Source of the DNA: a virus
Lineage: Duplodnaviria; Caudoviricetes
Direction: 5' to 3' (one strand)
Virus record (IMG/VR): IMGVR_UViG_3300029288_005873
Span: 352,001-416,000 of that record
Length of the DNA stretch: 64,000 nt
Position 1 is the stretch's first letter, and every line of letters starts with the position of its first letter. Of this stretch, positions 10,174 to 19,679 are shown one piece after another. The notes under the pieces were generated by a model, which did not search any database, had not been told where the DNA came from, and was given only the letters and a program-made list of their open reading frames with translations. Position numbers and translations under genes: made by a program.

Positions 10174-11365
10174 GTACGCCTACAATTACTTTATAAAGAC
10201 TACTCTTAGCAGCAAGAACCATGGACACAACTTTTCTCATATCCATGTATTTGAATTTTTTACAGTCATCTTCAATTACAACAACTGTCCATCCTGCGTT
10301 ACGAAGGAGCGCAATCTTTCCAGCGTCTCGACGCTTCACAAGTTTTAGTCTATCTGTTCCGAAAATTGGGTACCTATGTAATGGACCATCCCAGAGTATA
10401 GCAAGTTTACGATCGCGAACAGATATGTCAACCTCATATGGAGGGGCAATATCCATATCATGATGTCTAACTCCAACAATTCGCGAAGAAAGCTCAAGGA
10501 AACATTCATATTCTGGTCGCGAGCCTTGACCGCTTGCTGTCATACGACCCATTGCCTCTAGAGATTTTAAGATGCCGAGTGCCCGCATTTCCTTGGCACG
10601 TTTGGCATATGCCTCTTCGCCAAATTTTTCTTCCCAGATTCTCTTTACATGATAGACGTGCGTCTCAAACCGTCTAGCGATTTCTTTACAACTTTCCTTG
10701 GATTTGAACAATTTTAATATAGCATTTTCATCTTCTTTTGACGGTTTGATGAACCGCCATGTTCTGTCCAGTCTGGAGTTGTATTCCTCGTCAGAAAACT
10801 CTTCTTTCCATATTTTGGAAACGGTCTCGTTTTTACATCCGATCTCTTTGGCTATTTCATTAATCTGTTTGTCAGAGGCAAAAGCAGCTAGAATAGATTC
10901 CCTTTTCTCCTTTGACATATAATTTCCAGTACCTAAGTCTTTCGAAGCTTTCCACCCTTTTCCAAAGGTTGTTTGTCTTTTCCTGCGACCATCACCATAT
11001 TGTCTACTGGTGTCCGTTGACCTATGTATTTTTGCCTTTTCTTTCCATTGTGAACGAAAAGTCGTCAGAAGTGCTCGCACATGGGATTCGGAACAATATA
11101 TTCCAGGAAAAAAGGATAAAGCCTCTACGGAAAAGTTCATAGCATCTGTGGCATCAAAATTCGCCAATAAGATTTTATCCTGTTCCGCCATAAACTCCTC
11201 ATGCCTTGGTTCTCCCCTGCTATTCATAATGTGTCTGGATAATTTTGAACGCGTTCCACTTTTTCCGCACACTGGACATTTTTCGATCCCAGTGCGCCCA
11301 AATTTTGCTTCCAACATAAATTTTCTGTTACCTACTTTTCCCTTTACCATAGTATTTGTATCCAC
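10136..11365 (-). CDS. Putative homing endonuclease: C2H2-like Zn finger, HTH repeats, C-terminal Vsr/DUF559-like PD-(D/E)xK nuclease
   Basis: CPVC...H...H; SRPE...YEVDI...LAILWDGPLH...D..K...L...GW.VV.I pattern. Confidence 0.75.
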   Translation of the reverse strand: MDTNTMVKGKVGNRKFMLEAKFGRTGIEKCPVCGKSGTRSKLSRHIMNSRGEPRHEEFMAEQDKILLANFDATDAMNFSVEALSFFPGIYCSESHVRALLTTFRSQWKEKAKIHRSTDTSRQYGDGRRKRQTTFGKGWKASKDLGTGNYMSKEKRESILAAFASDKQINEIAKEIGCKNETVSKIWKEEFSDEEYNSRLDRTWRFIKPSKEDENAILKLFKSKESCKEIARRFETHVYHVKRIWEEKFGEEAYAKRAKEMRALGILKSLEAMGRMTASGQGSRPEYECFLELSSRIVGVRHHDMDIAPPYEVDISVRDRKLAILWDGPLHRYPIFGTDRLKLVKRRDAGKIALLRNAGWTVVVIEDDCKKFKYMDMRKVVSMVLAAKSSLYKVIVGVHGDINEAFAKDD

Positions 11366-11395
11366 AAACCAAAATCGTTACCACAATATTCTTCA

Positions 11396-12280
11396 CTATA
11401 TTATTTGACGCTGCCGCAAATGGCGAAGTCTCAAATACGCTGGGGAAACAGCGAGAACACGAAAAGTTCCAACACCTTGAGGACTTGGTTTATAAGAACA
11501 TTTGATGAATTTTAGGCGTTCAGTATGCGCCGTCAACAGTGAACCAAACTGATTATTCATCGTGGTGGACAGTGGCGGCGGAAGCATGCTAATACCATTG
11601 TCATTAACTGTATATTCTCTTCCAGCTTCAACCAACATCTGGGCAGCCAATGCAATTATATAGGCGCCTTCCACTATCACATGTGCGTTCCGGTCATGGA
11701 TAACCTGGTCATTGAACCCAAAATTGGTCCAATGCGGCGTCTGATTGAATTCAGCTAGACTATTGACAAGGAAACAGACAAGCTCGTCATCTGAAAAAAT
11801 GGGACATTCTGTGTAGGTTACCTGACCATTCTCATCAGTAGTCTGGGCAATACCATCATTTTTGAGACGACATTTAAGCTGGGCAAGAAGAATGTTTATC
11901 CCTAAAATCTCATCATCGGAGTATGTAACACATGGAGCATCGCCAATTTGTGGACCAGCGGCTGATATAGCGCTTCCAGACAAAACGGTGAATGTCAACG
12001 TTGCTGTGACCTGCTCTCCACCCACCATTGCCGTCCATATATCGCTCCACAGCCCATCATCCTGGGTTGTTGGTGGCGTATACGATAGGCGATAGAGACC
12101 TACGCCAAGTTTAGCAACTCCAGTAGACGACGATGTGCGCACAAATACATTGTGACTGTTTTTGACCCCAACCTCGGGAATCGCGTCAGCGTCCACAAGG
12201 TTACCTAACGGATCAGATATGCGGATGTCCAGGTCTACTGGCAAACCCAGAACAGTCGTCCTGGTGTTACAGGAAGCCAT
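11396..12280 (-). CDS. Putative head-tail adaptor/neck protein
   Basis: N-terminal Ig-like (GVGLYRLSY...GLWSDIW) plus helical adaptor-like region (FSDDEL...SLAEFNQTP...YTVNDNGIS); GGAGG SD. Confidence 0.6.
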   Translation of the reverse strand: MASCNTRTTVLGLPVDLDIRISDPLGNLVDADAIPEVGVKNSHNVFVRTSSSTGVAKLGVGLYRLSYTPPTTQDDGLWSDIWTAMVGGEQVTATLTFTVLSGSAISAAGPQIGDAPCVTYSDDEILGINILLAQLKCRLKNDGIAQTTDENGQVTYTECPIFSDDELVCFLVNSLAEFNQTPHWTNFGFNDQVIHDRNAHVIVEGAYIIALAAQMLVEAGREYTVNDNGISMLPPPLSTTMNNQFGSLLTAHTERLKFIKCSYKPSPQGVGTFRVLAVSPAYLRLRHLRQRQII

Positions 12281-12377
12281 TGATGGTTCCTCCGATGCCT
12301 AGTGATAGTATGTAGATTGCCTTTCGCACCATATACGAAAAAGCGGGAGTGTTCTCCCGTCAGTAATCTACAGCCTA

Positions 12378-12400
12378 ATGCCGCGTTATTGATAGTTTTA
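12378..12400 (-). promoter_or_regulatory. Putative late promoter motif (AAAAC TATCAATA N5 GCAT), copy 1
   Basis: Matches four other intergenic copies with identical spacing; about 100 nt upstream of the neck gene. Confidence 0.65.
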
Positions 12401-12736
12401 TGGATCGATGTCGTCGGAGTCGCCAGGAAGGGTTCGAACAAGGGGATTTTCTTTAACCAACCAAAGTTCCTTGGGGAAAGGAGGTTCTTCATTGCTCTTA
12501 AACCAAACAAGACATCTTCCGTCGGTAGACGGATATACACCAATGATTATGAACTCACCGGCATGAACTTTGGAATGGCAATTTGGACATAGGCAAGTTA
12601 GGTTGCCTTGACTATTTGTACAACGGGAATCGGAACGTGGGATTATGTGGTGTCTATGGATTATATGTAAATCAGCAAGTCCGCAGATTTCACATGCCTT
12701 TTTAGCAAAAGTCATTTCTTTTTCTTCTTTCCGCAA
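12398..12736 (-). CDS. HNH endonuclease
   Basis: CEIC...HHIIP...N...NLTCLCPNCHSKVH. Confidence 0.9.
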   Translation of the reverse strand: MRKEEKEMTFAKKACEICGLADLHIIHRHHIIPRSDSRCTNSQGNLTCLCPNCHSKVHAGEFIIIGVYPSTDGRCLVWFKSNEEPPFPKELWLVKENPLVRTLPGDSDDIDP

Positions 12737-13248
12737 CAGCTGCCGGAGACTTTATCTAATACAGCAGCAGCTTTATTTGGATCTATACTAACTGGAAGAC
12801 CTGCAGCTTCGCCATCTGAGATTGACTTCTCCTCCTCCTCCATTTGACGGAGAAGTTCCTCGTCCTCCATATCCATTACGGTAGACCTAATACTGTCTAT
12901 AAGGTCTTCATTTTCAGGCACTGCCAATGTTTTTGTACGTTGTGGAAAAGATATGGCTGAAGGCGAAGCTACTGATACTGTAGGAGGCGTCGCAAGGACT
13001 ATCGCCTGTACCTCAACTATTACCCCTTGGGCAATTCGTTTGGCAATTGAGCCATTAAGGCGAGATCTCTCTATAGCAGCAGGATCTAAATGGGCAGTCG
13101 GAGACAATAAGTCCCGCGACTGCCCATAAGGAATCCGGTAATACAGATCGCCGAGCATAACATCCATCTTTTTCGGATGAATGTTACGCAAAATGTATTT
13201 TGGCCTCCGGCTTGGAGGAGTTGTCCATTTCCTTCCATTCCTGGCCAT
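12712..13248 (-). CDS. Hypothetical protein
   Basis: In-operon ORF with GAGG SD. Confidence 0.6.
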   Translation of the reverse strand: MARNGRKWTTPPSRRPKYILRNIHPKKMDVMLGDLYYRIPYGQSRDLLSPTAHLDPAAIERSRLNGSIAKRIAQGVIVEVQAIVLATPPTVSVASPSAISFPQRTKTLAVPENEDLIDSIRSTVMDMEDEELLRQMEEEEKSISDGEAAGLPVSIDPNKAAAVLDKVSGSCCGKKKKK

Positions 13249-13256
13249 CTACAACC

Positions 13257-13502
13257 TCACTCTGATTCACTCTCTGGCTCGCCGATGATTTCTACCTCAA
13301 CAGCCTGTGGTCCACGATTATTCTTTCCGATGGCAAAAGATACAAGCTGCCCTGAGATAAGTTCTTTGAATCCTTCCATATTTACGTTGCTATAATGTAC
13401 GAAAATATCGCCGCCACCATCATCGCGCGAAACGAATCCAAAACCTTTTCTTGCATTAAACCATACTACCTTACCAGTAAGTCTCTTTCCTGCATCAGTC
13501 AT
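13257..13502 (-). CDS. csp: Cold-shock domain protein (CspA family)
   Basis: GKVVWFNARKGFGFV (RNP1), DIFVHYS (RNP2), GPQA. Confidence 0.95.
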   Translation of the reverse strand: MTDAGKRLTGKVVWFNARKGFGFVSRDDGGGDIFVHYSNVNMEGFKELISGQLVSFAIGKNNRGPQAVEVEIIGEPESESE

Positions 13503-13565
13503 TCTCTTTCCTCCTTAAATTGCGCCATTGTGGCACGGTGTTTTAAGTTCCTATTCTTACAGAAC

Positions 13566-13766
13566 TTATTCGATATCATTTCCTTTCATAGTATAACTTG
13601 TCGGACCCCCGTTATTTGGCACAAGGGTAACCTTGCCGCGCCTAACAGTTTTCCCACTACGTACTTTGAACCCCTCAATAATACAATCGTGTCCATTAGG
13701 AACCATGCCAATTGTATCGCCTATCCGCCATTTTCCATCCTGAAGATCAACAACTGGTCGCGTCAT
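13566..13766 (-). CDS. Hypothetical protein
   Basis: ATGA-coupled to the upstream ORF. Confidence 0.5.
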   Translation of the reverse strand: MTRPVVDLQDGKWRIGDTIGMVPNGHDCIIEGFKVRSGKTVRRGKVTLVPNNGGPTSYTMKGNDIE

Positions 13767-14044
13767 GGTATATCCTTCTTTTCAGCAGCTGGGATTACGG
13801 TCTCACCATTAATAGTCAAACCATCATGCTGTGCGGAATAGATGTCGAGCAGACGCTCAACCTCCATAATAGCCATATGCGCCATCTGATTCCTCTCGTT
13901 CTGCGGAGCAAGGGGGAGAATAGCATCCCACTTCATAAAAAGCTGTTCTAGATCCTCTTGGGCGCCGATCAATTTAGCATATTCCATGAGGCGCTTGCGT
14001 GTCTTCTGTTCCGAAGGGGCTTTCATTTTCTTATCTCCTTCCAA
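13763..14044 (-). CDS. Hypothetical protein (start probably at MKAPSE)
   Basis: In-operon ORF with GGAG SD. Confidence 0.6.
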   Translation of the reverse strand: MEGDKKMKAPSEQKTRKRLMEYAKLIGAQEDLEQLFMKWDAILPLAPQNERNQMAHMAIMEVERLLDIYSAQHDGLTINGETVIPAAEKKDIP

Positions 14045-14336
14045 AAGGCGGCTCGGGAAGTTCCTGGCGCTTTGGCACCAATCCCCAGAGCAGTTGAGTT
14101 AGTTCTGTGGCATTATCATCTTCGTCCCACGATTCCCAGTCTCCAGACCATCTTTGCCCAAAAGATGCTTCGCGGGTAAGCATGGCCGACCTAGCAGCCG
14201 TCTCCCATGCGACGTCTTCATCTGGAATGCCTTCCGAGAAATCATCAGCTCCAGTTTCATAAATGTTGCGAATCGATCCACGCGAACCAACATGTGGTCC
14301 CGAATAGACGGTTGTACCATCACGGCGACGAATCAT
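14031..14336 (-). CDS. Hypothetical protein
   Basis: In-operon ORF. Confidence 0.45.
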   Translation of the reverse strand: MIRRRDGTTVYSGPHVGSRGSIRNIYETGADDFSEGIPDEDVAWETAARSAMLTREASFGQRWSGDWESWDEDDNATELTQLLWGLVPKRQELPEPPFGRR

Positions 14337-14378
14337 TATAGTTGTCCTATATCTGGATGTACGGCTATTAGTTAATTT

Positions 14379-15281
14379 TTAAAATCTATTGATAAATACA
14401 GGCTGACTATAAGCATATCGTGTGGAGTCAGCAGTACAGATAACTTTAGTTCGAAGGTATTGCTCATCTCCTACTACGGTATATTCATCAAAAGTAGTAA
14501 CTGCTGCAGTAGTTCGTACAATTACCCCATTAGCTTTATACCAAACGATTGTAGAAGATTGAGCTGGTACAACACGAATTGTTCGCCCTTGTGCTATAAT
14601 CTGGTTGATATAACACGTAGGTCTGGTCATATTATCTTGTGAACATGTTGAATAGAAATTCCCAATTCGCAAAGCATTCAGGATCGATGTGGCATCAGCT
14701 ACGTCAACATTAACTACTACGGCTCCAGACCAATCCTCACTAAGTGGAGTAACGCCATCAATATATGGGTAGTGTGTATCGTCAGCAAGAATACCCCAAA
14801 TTCTTCGCCCTGCTGTAAGATTGCGATCCCAAAGCCCTGTTGTATGTGTTAATTCAATATGTGTATACCCAGTAAGCGCTTGTGCTCCAGCATCATTAAG
14901 AGCGTGAGCTAGAATAACAATGTCCGTTCGAGCTAGAGTGGAATTTATATTAGTCTGAACATCGTAAACTTCCGGAACCGCTTCAGCAAGATTGAGTCCT
15001 ACAATGTGGTAAGGACTAGTTGTTGGAGTAGACTGAGCCACCTCTTGTCCAGATATGAAAATTAATCCAGCTGCTGGATCAGGAGTTAGAGCGTGATGTC
15101 CAGTGAGTGCGATAAAAGAATGTCCGCGAGTTATGTAATCCGCTTCAACCTGCTCCCGCGTTAAATCTCCATCATCCACTCCATAATTTGTATGACAGTG
15201 GGTGAGTCCTAATAGGTGTAGTTCAGTATCCTTCCATGGATTTATTAGTTCAAAAGTCGGATTTACCGTTAAGAAACTCAT
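14379..15281 (-). CDS. PHP-family (CehA/McbA-like) metallo-phosphoesterase
   Basis: HCHT, IALTGH, GQE, H, LAH and DDTH metal-ligand motifs. Confidence 0.8.
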   Translation of the reverse strand: MSFLTVNPTFELINPWKDTELHLLGLTHCHTNYGVDDGDLTREQVEADYITRGHSFIALTGHHALTPDPAAGLIFISGQEVAQSTPTTSPYHIVGLNLAEAVPEVYDVQTNINSTLARTDIVILAHALNDAGAQALTGYTHIELTHTTGLWDRNLTAGRRIWGILADDTHYPYIDGVTPLSEDWSGAVVVNVDVADATSILNALRIGNFYSTCSQDNMTRPTCYINQIIAQGRTIRVVPAQSSTIVWYKANGVIVRTTAAVTTFDEYTVVGDEQYLRTKVICTADSTRYAYSQPVFINRF

Positions 15282-15329
15282 TTAGATTAATCCTATACAG
15301 CAGAAAAAATGACATTATCCGTCATCAAA

Positions 15330-17300
15330 CTAACCTCTGTCATACCAACTATTCTGGTAGCGGGAATAATTGCGTATCTCTCCAATAACTACAGGTCCAC
15401 TTCTTGATGAGCCATCGTAATTTTGACCTACTGTTTCAAATGTCAAATTAGATGGAATATCACATGCTACATCGTGTGTAGCCCATGCTCCATCACAAGC
15501 AAGTGAAAGCTGTCCGGGTCTTACAGAGAGAAGCACTTCGTGGATCCTATCATCACATTTACTACCTATGAGGAAAACGTCTCCATTGACACCAGCAGTT
15601 TTCCTACTTTCAGCCTTTATAGTTCCATCTGTATCAATAAACACTTCGATGCGATTGTCGGCATCAGTATAGAACGAACGCAATGTTAAACGACCTGTTG
15701 GAAAGAAAGTAGGAGCCCAAAAACAGAATCTAGTTGCTAGTTCTATGGTTCCAATGTTTCCAACCACAGATGCTATATAAGAATCTGCTGTTTTACTTAC
15801 AGCAGTTGCCACAGTATCGACTGGCAAACTTGGGTAATTACCAACCTCAACTTGTACATGAGATAGTGCGACGGAATCTTGGTTGAGACCGTCAAAACTA
15901 TTATCATTGTCTCCTTCTGCCAAGAATATTGTAGGATTTCCAGTGGTGCTGCTAGATGTAAGCGTTATCCAAACGTGATACCAGCTATTTCCCAAACTTT
16001 TAATGTGCCCAACAACAGAACCAACAGCTGTTCCTACTGTTCCTGAGCCAGACAAGTTAAAACTAACGACTTTGCCATTTAGTTGGACTAGGATCCAAGT
16101 GCGATTAATAGGTCTAGCCCTTAGTGATAGAACATAAGGTGTAGCATTGGAAATAGCAAGTGTCTGTTGTAAAAAATGGTTATTGGCTGCAGTTGCATCC
16201 TCGTGTAGAACAACAGTTGTTCGAGCTATACCATCGGAACATACAATAGATGTAGTTGGTATTGACAGTCTAGCCTTTGTAGTCCAGGATCCATAAGTTA
16301 GACTCTGGAGACAAATATTCTGTACAACTCCTTCATTTACCAAACCAACGAGAGTTTTACCAGTCGTATCCATCACACTAACAAAACGCTGTTCAACACC
16401 ACCAGTAATACGATGGAGACGGGTTATTCCATCATTTCCGATCTGTGTCTGATAAGCATAGGATGTTGTACCACTTGTAGGAGTAGTTGCAGAAGGTCCC
16501 CAATACTTCTGTGGGATGGTACCATATAGTAGATGAGTTCTATGTGGAGCTATAATTGGTTGAAGATGCGAATCCAAAAACCCTGGGGCTACCCAAAATT
16601 GGAGAAGGTCAATAACCCCGCCAAATGGAACAGCTCCAGCACTATCCGCACCTATCGATAGTGCCTTGGTATTATCTAGCGTATTCAATCCTGTTAGAGC
16701 TACCGCAGCACCACTTGCGATTCCTTGTAAATACCACTGACCTGACCCAGAACGATCGAAAAAACCCAATGCGTGGAAATAGGTATTACTAGCTAGTGCG
16801 GCTGTCACTGGGCTTACAGTTACCCCAGACGTCATAAATAATGTTAAAAGAGACCCTGAAGTGATATATAGTAACCACTCTGGGCTTCCAACACCAGTAC
16901 GCTTTGCCGCAATAGCCTGAGACACACCTAGGGTCCCAGTCCTTCCAAAAATCTCAACAGCAATATCATTCGTTCCAAAATTGCCATATGTTGTGTCAGA
17001 GAACTGAAAAAAACCACCTAAATTTAGCTGTACGCCGGGATCTAGTGTTCCTAAGAATGGTGAATTAATTTGATAGGTTGGCGCTGTTCCAGCTTGTAAT
17101 GATGCAATGTTAGCAGGCGCATTATATACTGGCCAACCATCATCTGATGCCTGACTTCCAACAAATGTAATTGGGACAGGTGCGCCTGTAATCAAAGGGG
17201 TTTCAATCAACCGCTGAACACCAGCAAAAAGTCCAGGTTGAAACTCTAGACATGTACCTCGAGATGGTCGTAAATTTTTAAATTTTCTTGTGCTACTCAT
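15330..17300 (-). CDS. Virion fibre/spike protein with LamG (concanavalin-A-like) domains
   Basis: LamG signature (YFHALG...WYLQG...LSIGAD...FGGVID); carbohydrate-binding-like region (LGNSWYHVW...QVEVG..PS). Confidence 0.7.
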   Translation of the reverse strand: MSSTRKFKNLRPSRGTCLEFQPGLFAGVQRLIETPLITGAPVPITFVGSQASDDGWPVYNAPANIASLQAGTAPTYQINSPFLGTLDPGVQLNLGGFFQFSDTTYGNFGTNDIAVEIFGRTGTLGVSQAIAAKRTGVGSPEWLLYITSGSLLTLFMTSGVTVSPVTAALASNTYFHALGFFDRSGSGQWYLQGIASGAAVALTGLNTLDNTKALSIGADSAGAVPFGGVIDLLQFWVAPGFLDSHLQPIIAPHRTHLLYGTIPQKYWGPSATTPTSGTTSYAYQTQIGNDGITRLHRITGGVEQRFVSVMDTTGKTLVGLVNEGVVQNICLQSLTYGSWTTKARLSIPTTSIVCSDGIARTTVVLHEDATAANNHFLQQTLAISNATPYVLSLRARPINRTWILVQLNGKVVSFNLSGSGTVGTAVGSVVGHIKSLGNSWYHVWITLTSSSTTGNPTIFLAEGDNDNSFDGLNQDSVALSHVQVEVGNYPSLPVDTVATAVSKTADSYIASVVGNIGTIELATRFCFWAPTFFPTGRLTLRSFYTDADNRIEVFIDTDGTIKAESRKTAGVNGDVFLIGSKCDDRIHEVLLSVRPGQLSLACDGAWATHDVACDIPSNLTFETVGQNYDGSSRSGPVVIGEIRNYSRYQNSWYDRG

Positions 17301-17311
17301 ATATTCTATCC

Positions 17312-17863
17312 CTATCCAACTGGAAGTATCATTAAAGACCCAGTTGCACCACCTGTTGTAATAGCTGCTATGCGCTGTGACGCTGTCAGCCTAAAAGGCA
17401 AAAACACACCAGCGGAAAGTATAATTCCAGGTGAAGTAGCCCATACTACAGAGCCGCCGCCTCCTGCGGCTGTAATAGCAAAAGTTACATCACAAGTACA
17501 GAAAATTAGATATTCTCCAGCTGTAATATCAGCACCAAGTTCAGCAGATACACCAGATACAGTCAAATAAACCGAAGTACCAAGTACAGGTCCATCTAAT
17601 AAATTATTAAGCGCGAGAAGAAGAGTAACCAAACCACGTAGTTTTGCTGAAAGTGTACCAGGTGAGTTGTCAACCACCGCAACATCATCTATAATTCCGA
17701 GCACTGGAGCCTGTACCCCAAGAAGTTCATTGCTCTCGGACATATGTATTGGTATATCTACAATAGCCCTCGCGGATCCATAGGCATCTTTTATTTCAAC
17801 TGCGCCGATTGTAATATCAGATCCGTTGATGTTGACCTTGCCCGAATTAGCAAAACCGCTCAT
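17312..17863 (-). CDS. Hypothetical structural protein
   Basis: IGAVEIKD motif; Gly/Thr/Ala-rich. Confidence 0.55.
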   Translation of the reverse strand: MSGFANSGKVNINGSDITIGAVEIKDAYGSARAIVDIPIHMSESNELLGVQAPVLGIIDDVAVVDNSPGTLSAKLRGLVTLLLALNNLLDGPVLGTSVYLTVSGVSAELGADITAGEYLIFCTCDVTFAITAAGGGGSVVWATSPGIILSAGVFLPFRLTASQRIAAITTGGATGSLMILPVG

Positions 17864-17875
17864 TATAATCTCCCA

Positions 17876-18151
17876 TTATTTCCATGCTTCAACTCGAACA
17901 ATTCCATATCCGTCAAGGGCGCGGAACCACACTTTACATTCACAGCGTCCATCAAACGCCAAACCAATCGATGAATCGTTAGGATTCATATCTCCATGAA
18001 GTCTCAACCCATCAAATGAATATTGGATCACATGACCACTGCGATTAAGAAAAGTAAAGGATTGTGGATTAAGACCAAAATTGGCCTGTGGTATAGGTGG
18101 GAAGGAATATCCATCCACTGTAATTGTATTGAAATAGTTGAATTTACTCAT
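17876..18151 (-). CDS. Small beta-rich structural protein
   Basis: IQYSFDG...HGD...VWFR...VRVEAW; two DGY motifs; directly downstream of a promoter-motif copy. Confidence 0.6.
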   Translation of the reverse strand: MSKFNYFNTITVDGYSFPPIPQANFGLNPQSFTFLNRSGHVIQYSFDGLRLHGDMNPNDSSIGLAFDGRCECKVWFRALDGYGIVRVEAWK

Positions 18152-18183
18152 TCGCTACCCCCAGGAAGCAGACTTCCCAACCA

Positions 18184-18206
18184 ATGCGGGAAAATTGATA
18201 GATTTT
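18184..18206 (-). promoter_or_regulatory. Putative late promoter motif, copy 2 (TATCAATT variant)
   Basis: AAAATC TATCAATT TTCCC GCAT; 33 nt upstream of the 18151 start. Confidence 0.6.
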
Positions 18207-18308
18207 GCCACCTGAGGGCTATTTCAAACACTCAATGCTGAAACTATACAGAAAAATTGACAGGTTAAAATAGGAAAATGCTTAAAGGGCGTAGAAAAGA
18301 ATTAGACT

Positions 18309-19679
18309 CTACCAAACAGGTTTGGAAAAAATCAAGGCGATCTCAACATTTCTACGACGAGTTAGGTGGGTGGGAGTATTGGATAGATCATGCTGCTCAA
18401 GGTGTAAAAGACCAATAGAGTCAGCCAGGCGCAAACAGGGCTCCACATTGTCACGATCAAAAATCACTATGGCTTTTCCACCACGTTTCAACGAATTATA
18501 AATACGACCCATGAGGGTCCTAATGAATCTTTCCTCCCATTCTGCTTTGGATCGGTATCTAAAGCTAGCTTGATTTGGAAGGTTACAATACGTTTCTTTG
18601 TCGAAATAAGGTGGACAGGTTAAAACAAGATCTGCAAACTCACCCTCTACATTAGCATCCTCCATAGCAATCGGTTCCACTGAAGTGCGATTTTTAATAC
18701 CCAAAACATCTGACAATTCCATAAGTTCAGAACAAGTGACTGTATTTGGTTCACATGCAACATAGCGACCATCTGGACAAGCTGCTGCAAACCCCAATAA
18801 CCTTCCGCCAAAACCAGCGCAAGGATCCCAAACTACAGAATCCTTGGCTCCATACTTTAACAACAACCATTTGGTAAGCAAAGGTTTGAAAAGTGATACT
18901 ACTTGCTTATTGACCTCAAGTCCTCGCCTAATCTGTTTGAATGAAATATCAAACAATTCTTGGCATGCCACTTCATTATTATTAAATATATATTTATAGT
19001 CTTTACTATTTCCTAAACCAAAACGATATGAAACAACCATATCTGCTATTCGATTGTTGTTAAACGCATAAATAGGTGGATCGGATCGTCCAACCGAAGC
19101 GCACCACATGCTCTTAAACCATCCTTTGATTTCTGCCATTCCTACAATACTTGAAGTGTTTAATGTGCCATCAGTCGACTCCATTTTATATAGTAAATCA
19201 CGTATTTCATCAGACGACGGTTTCGGAGGATAAATCCATCCAGACAAAGAAATATGCCTACGTAGGAAATCTATAAATGGAACAACGAGACTAGCATGGG
19301 CGGTTTTTTTCAAATTGCGCTCGTAATGATGCTTCCAGATCTCTTCCCTAGAGAAGAAAACGTGGTTGTCGGAATATGTTTTGTTAGCATCCAAAGTTTT
19401 CCAACCAACAAGAAATTCATTTGGATTATTGTTCAATTGCTGTTTGAAACCCGCTTTTGTGTCCGATTTTGGTCTTCCTGTTCTCTTTCCCTCCGAAAGA
19501 CCAGAATATTCTAAGGCTTTTTTCCAAGACCCAAATAGGCGTACACAGGTGGTTGAGCTTGGAGTATACGGATCGTTGTCAGCATCGCGTTTGCCCAGCT
19601 CGGTCCGCCCGAGCCTTTTGGCAAGTTTTTTTAAGGCTGCTGCGGCTGATATCTTATCATATTCTTGAGTTCTGCTCAT
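18309..19679 (-). CDS. DNA amino-methyltransferase with N-terminal homing-endonuclease-associated repeat
   Basis: Motif I WDPCAGFGGR; motif IV-like TCPPY; N-terminal RLFGSWKKAL repeat. Confidence 0.85.
   Translation of the reverse strand: MSRTQEYDKISAAAALKKLAKRLGRTELGKRDADNDPYTPSSTTCVRLFGSWKKALEYSGLSEGKRTGRPKSDTKAGFKQQLNNNPNEFLVGWKTLDANKTYSDNHVFFSREEIWKHHYERNLKKTAHASLVVPFIDFLRRHISLSGWIYPPKPSSDEIRDLLYKMESTDGTLNTSSIVGMAEIKGWFKSMWCASVGRSDPPIYAFNNNRIADMVVSYRFGLGNSKDYKYIFNNNEVACQELFDISFKQIRRGLEVNKQVVSLFKPLLTKWLLLKYGAKDSVVWDPCAGFGGRLLGFAAACPDGRYVACEPNTVTCSELMELSDVLGIKNRTSVEPIAMEDANVEGEFADLVLTCPPYFDKETYCNLPNQASFRYRSKAEWEERFIRTLMGRIYNSLKRGGKAIVIFDRDNVEPCLRLADSIGLLHLEQHDLSNTPTHLTRRRNVEIALIFSKPVW

Noticed and set aside
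6500-11400. Group I introns hosting the endonucleases
   Set aside because: Flanking genes appear complete with their own starts and stops, and intergenic gaps are too short for intron cores.
12310-12372. Possible hammerhead ribozyme (CTGACGG...CGAAA)
   Set aside because: The core is CUGACGG rather than CUGANGA, and GAAA does not follow stem II; the topology does not fit. Kept only as a structured leader.
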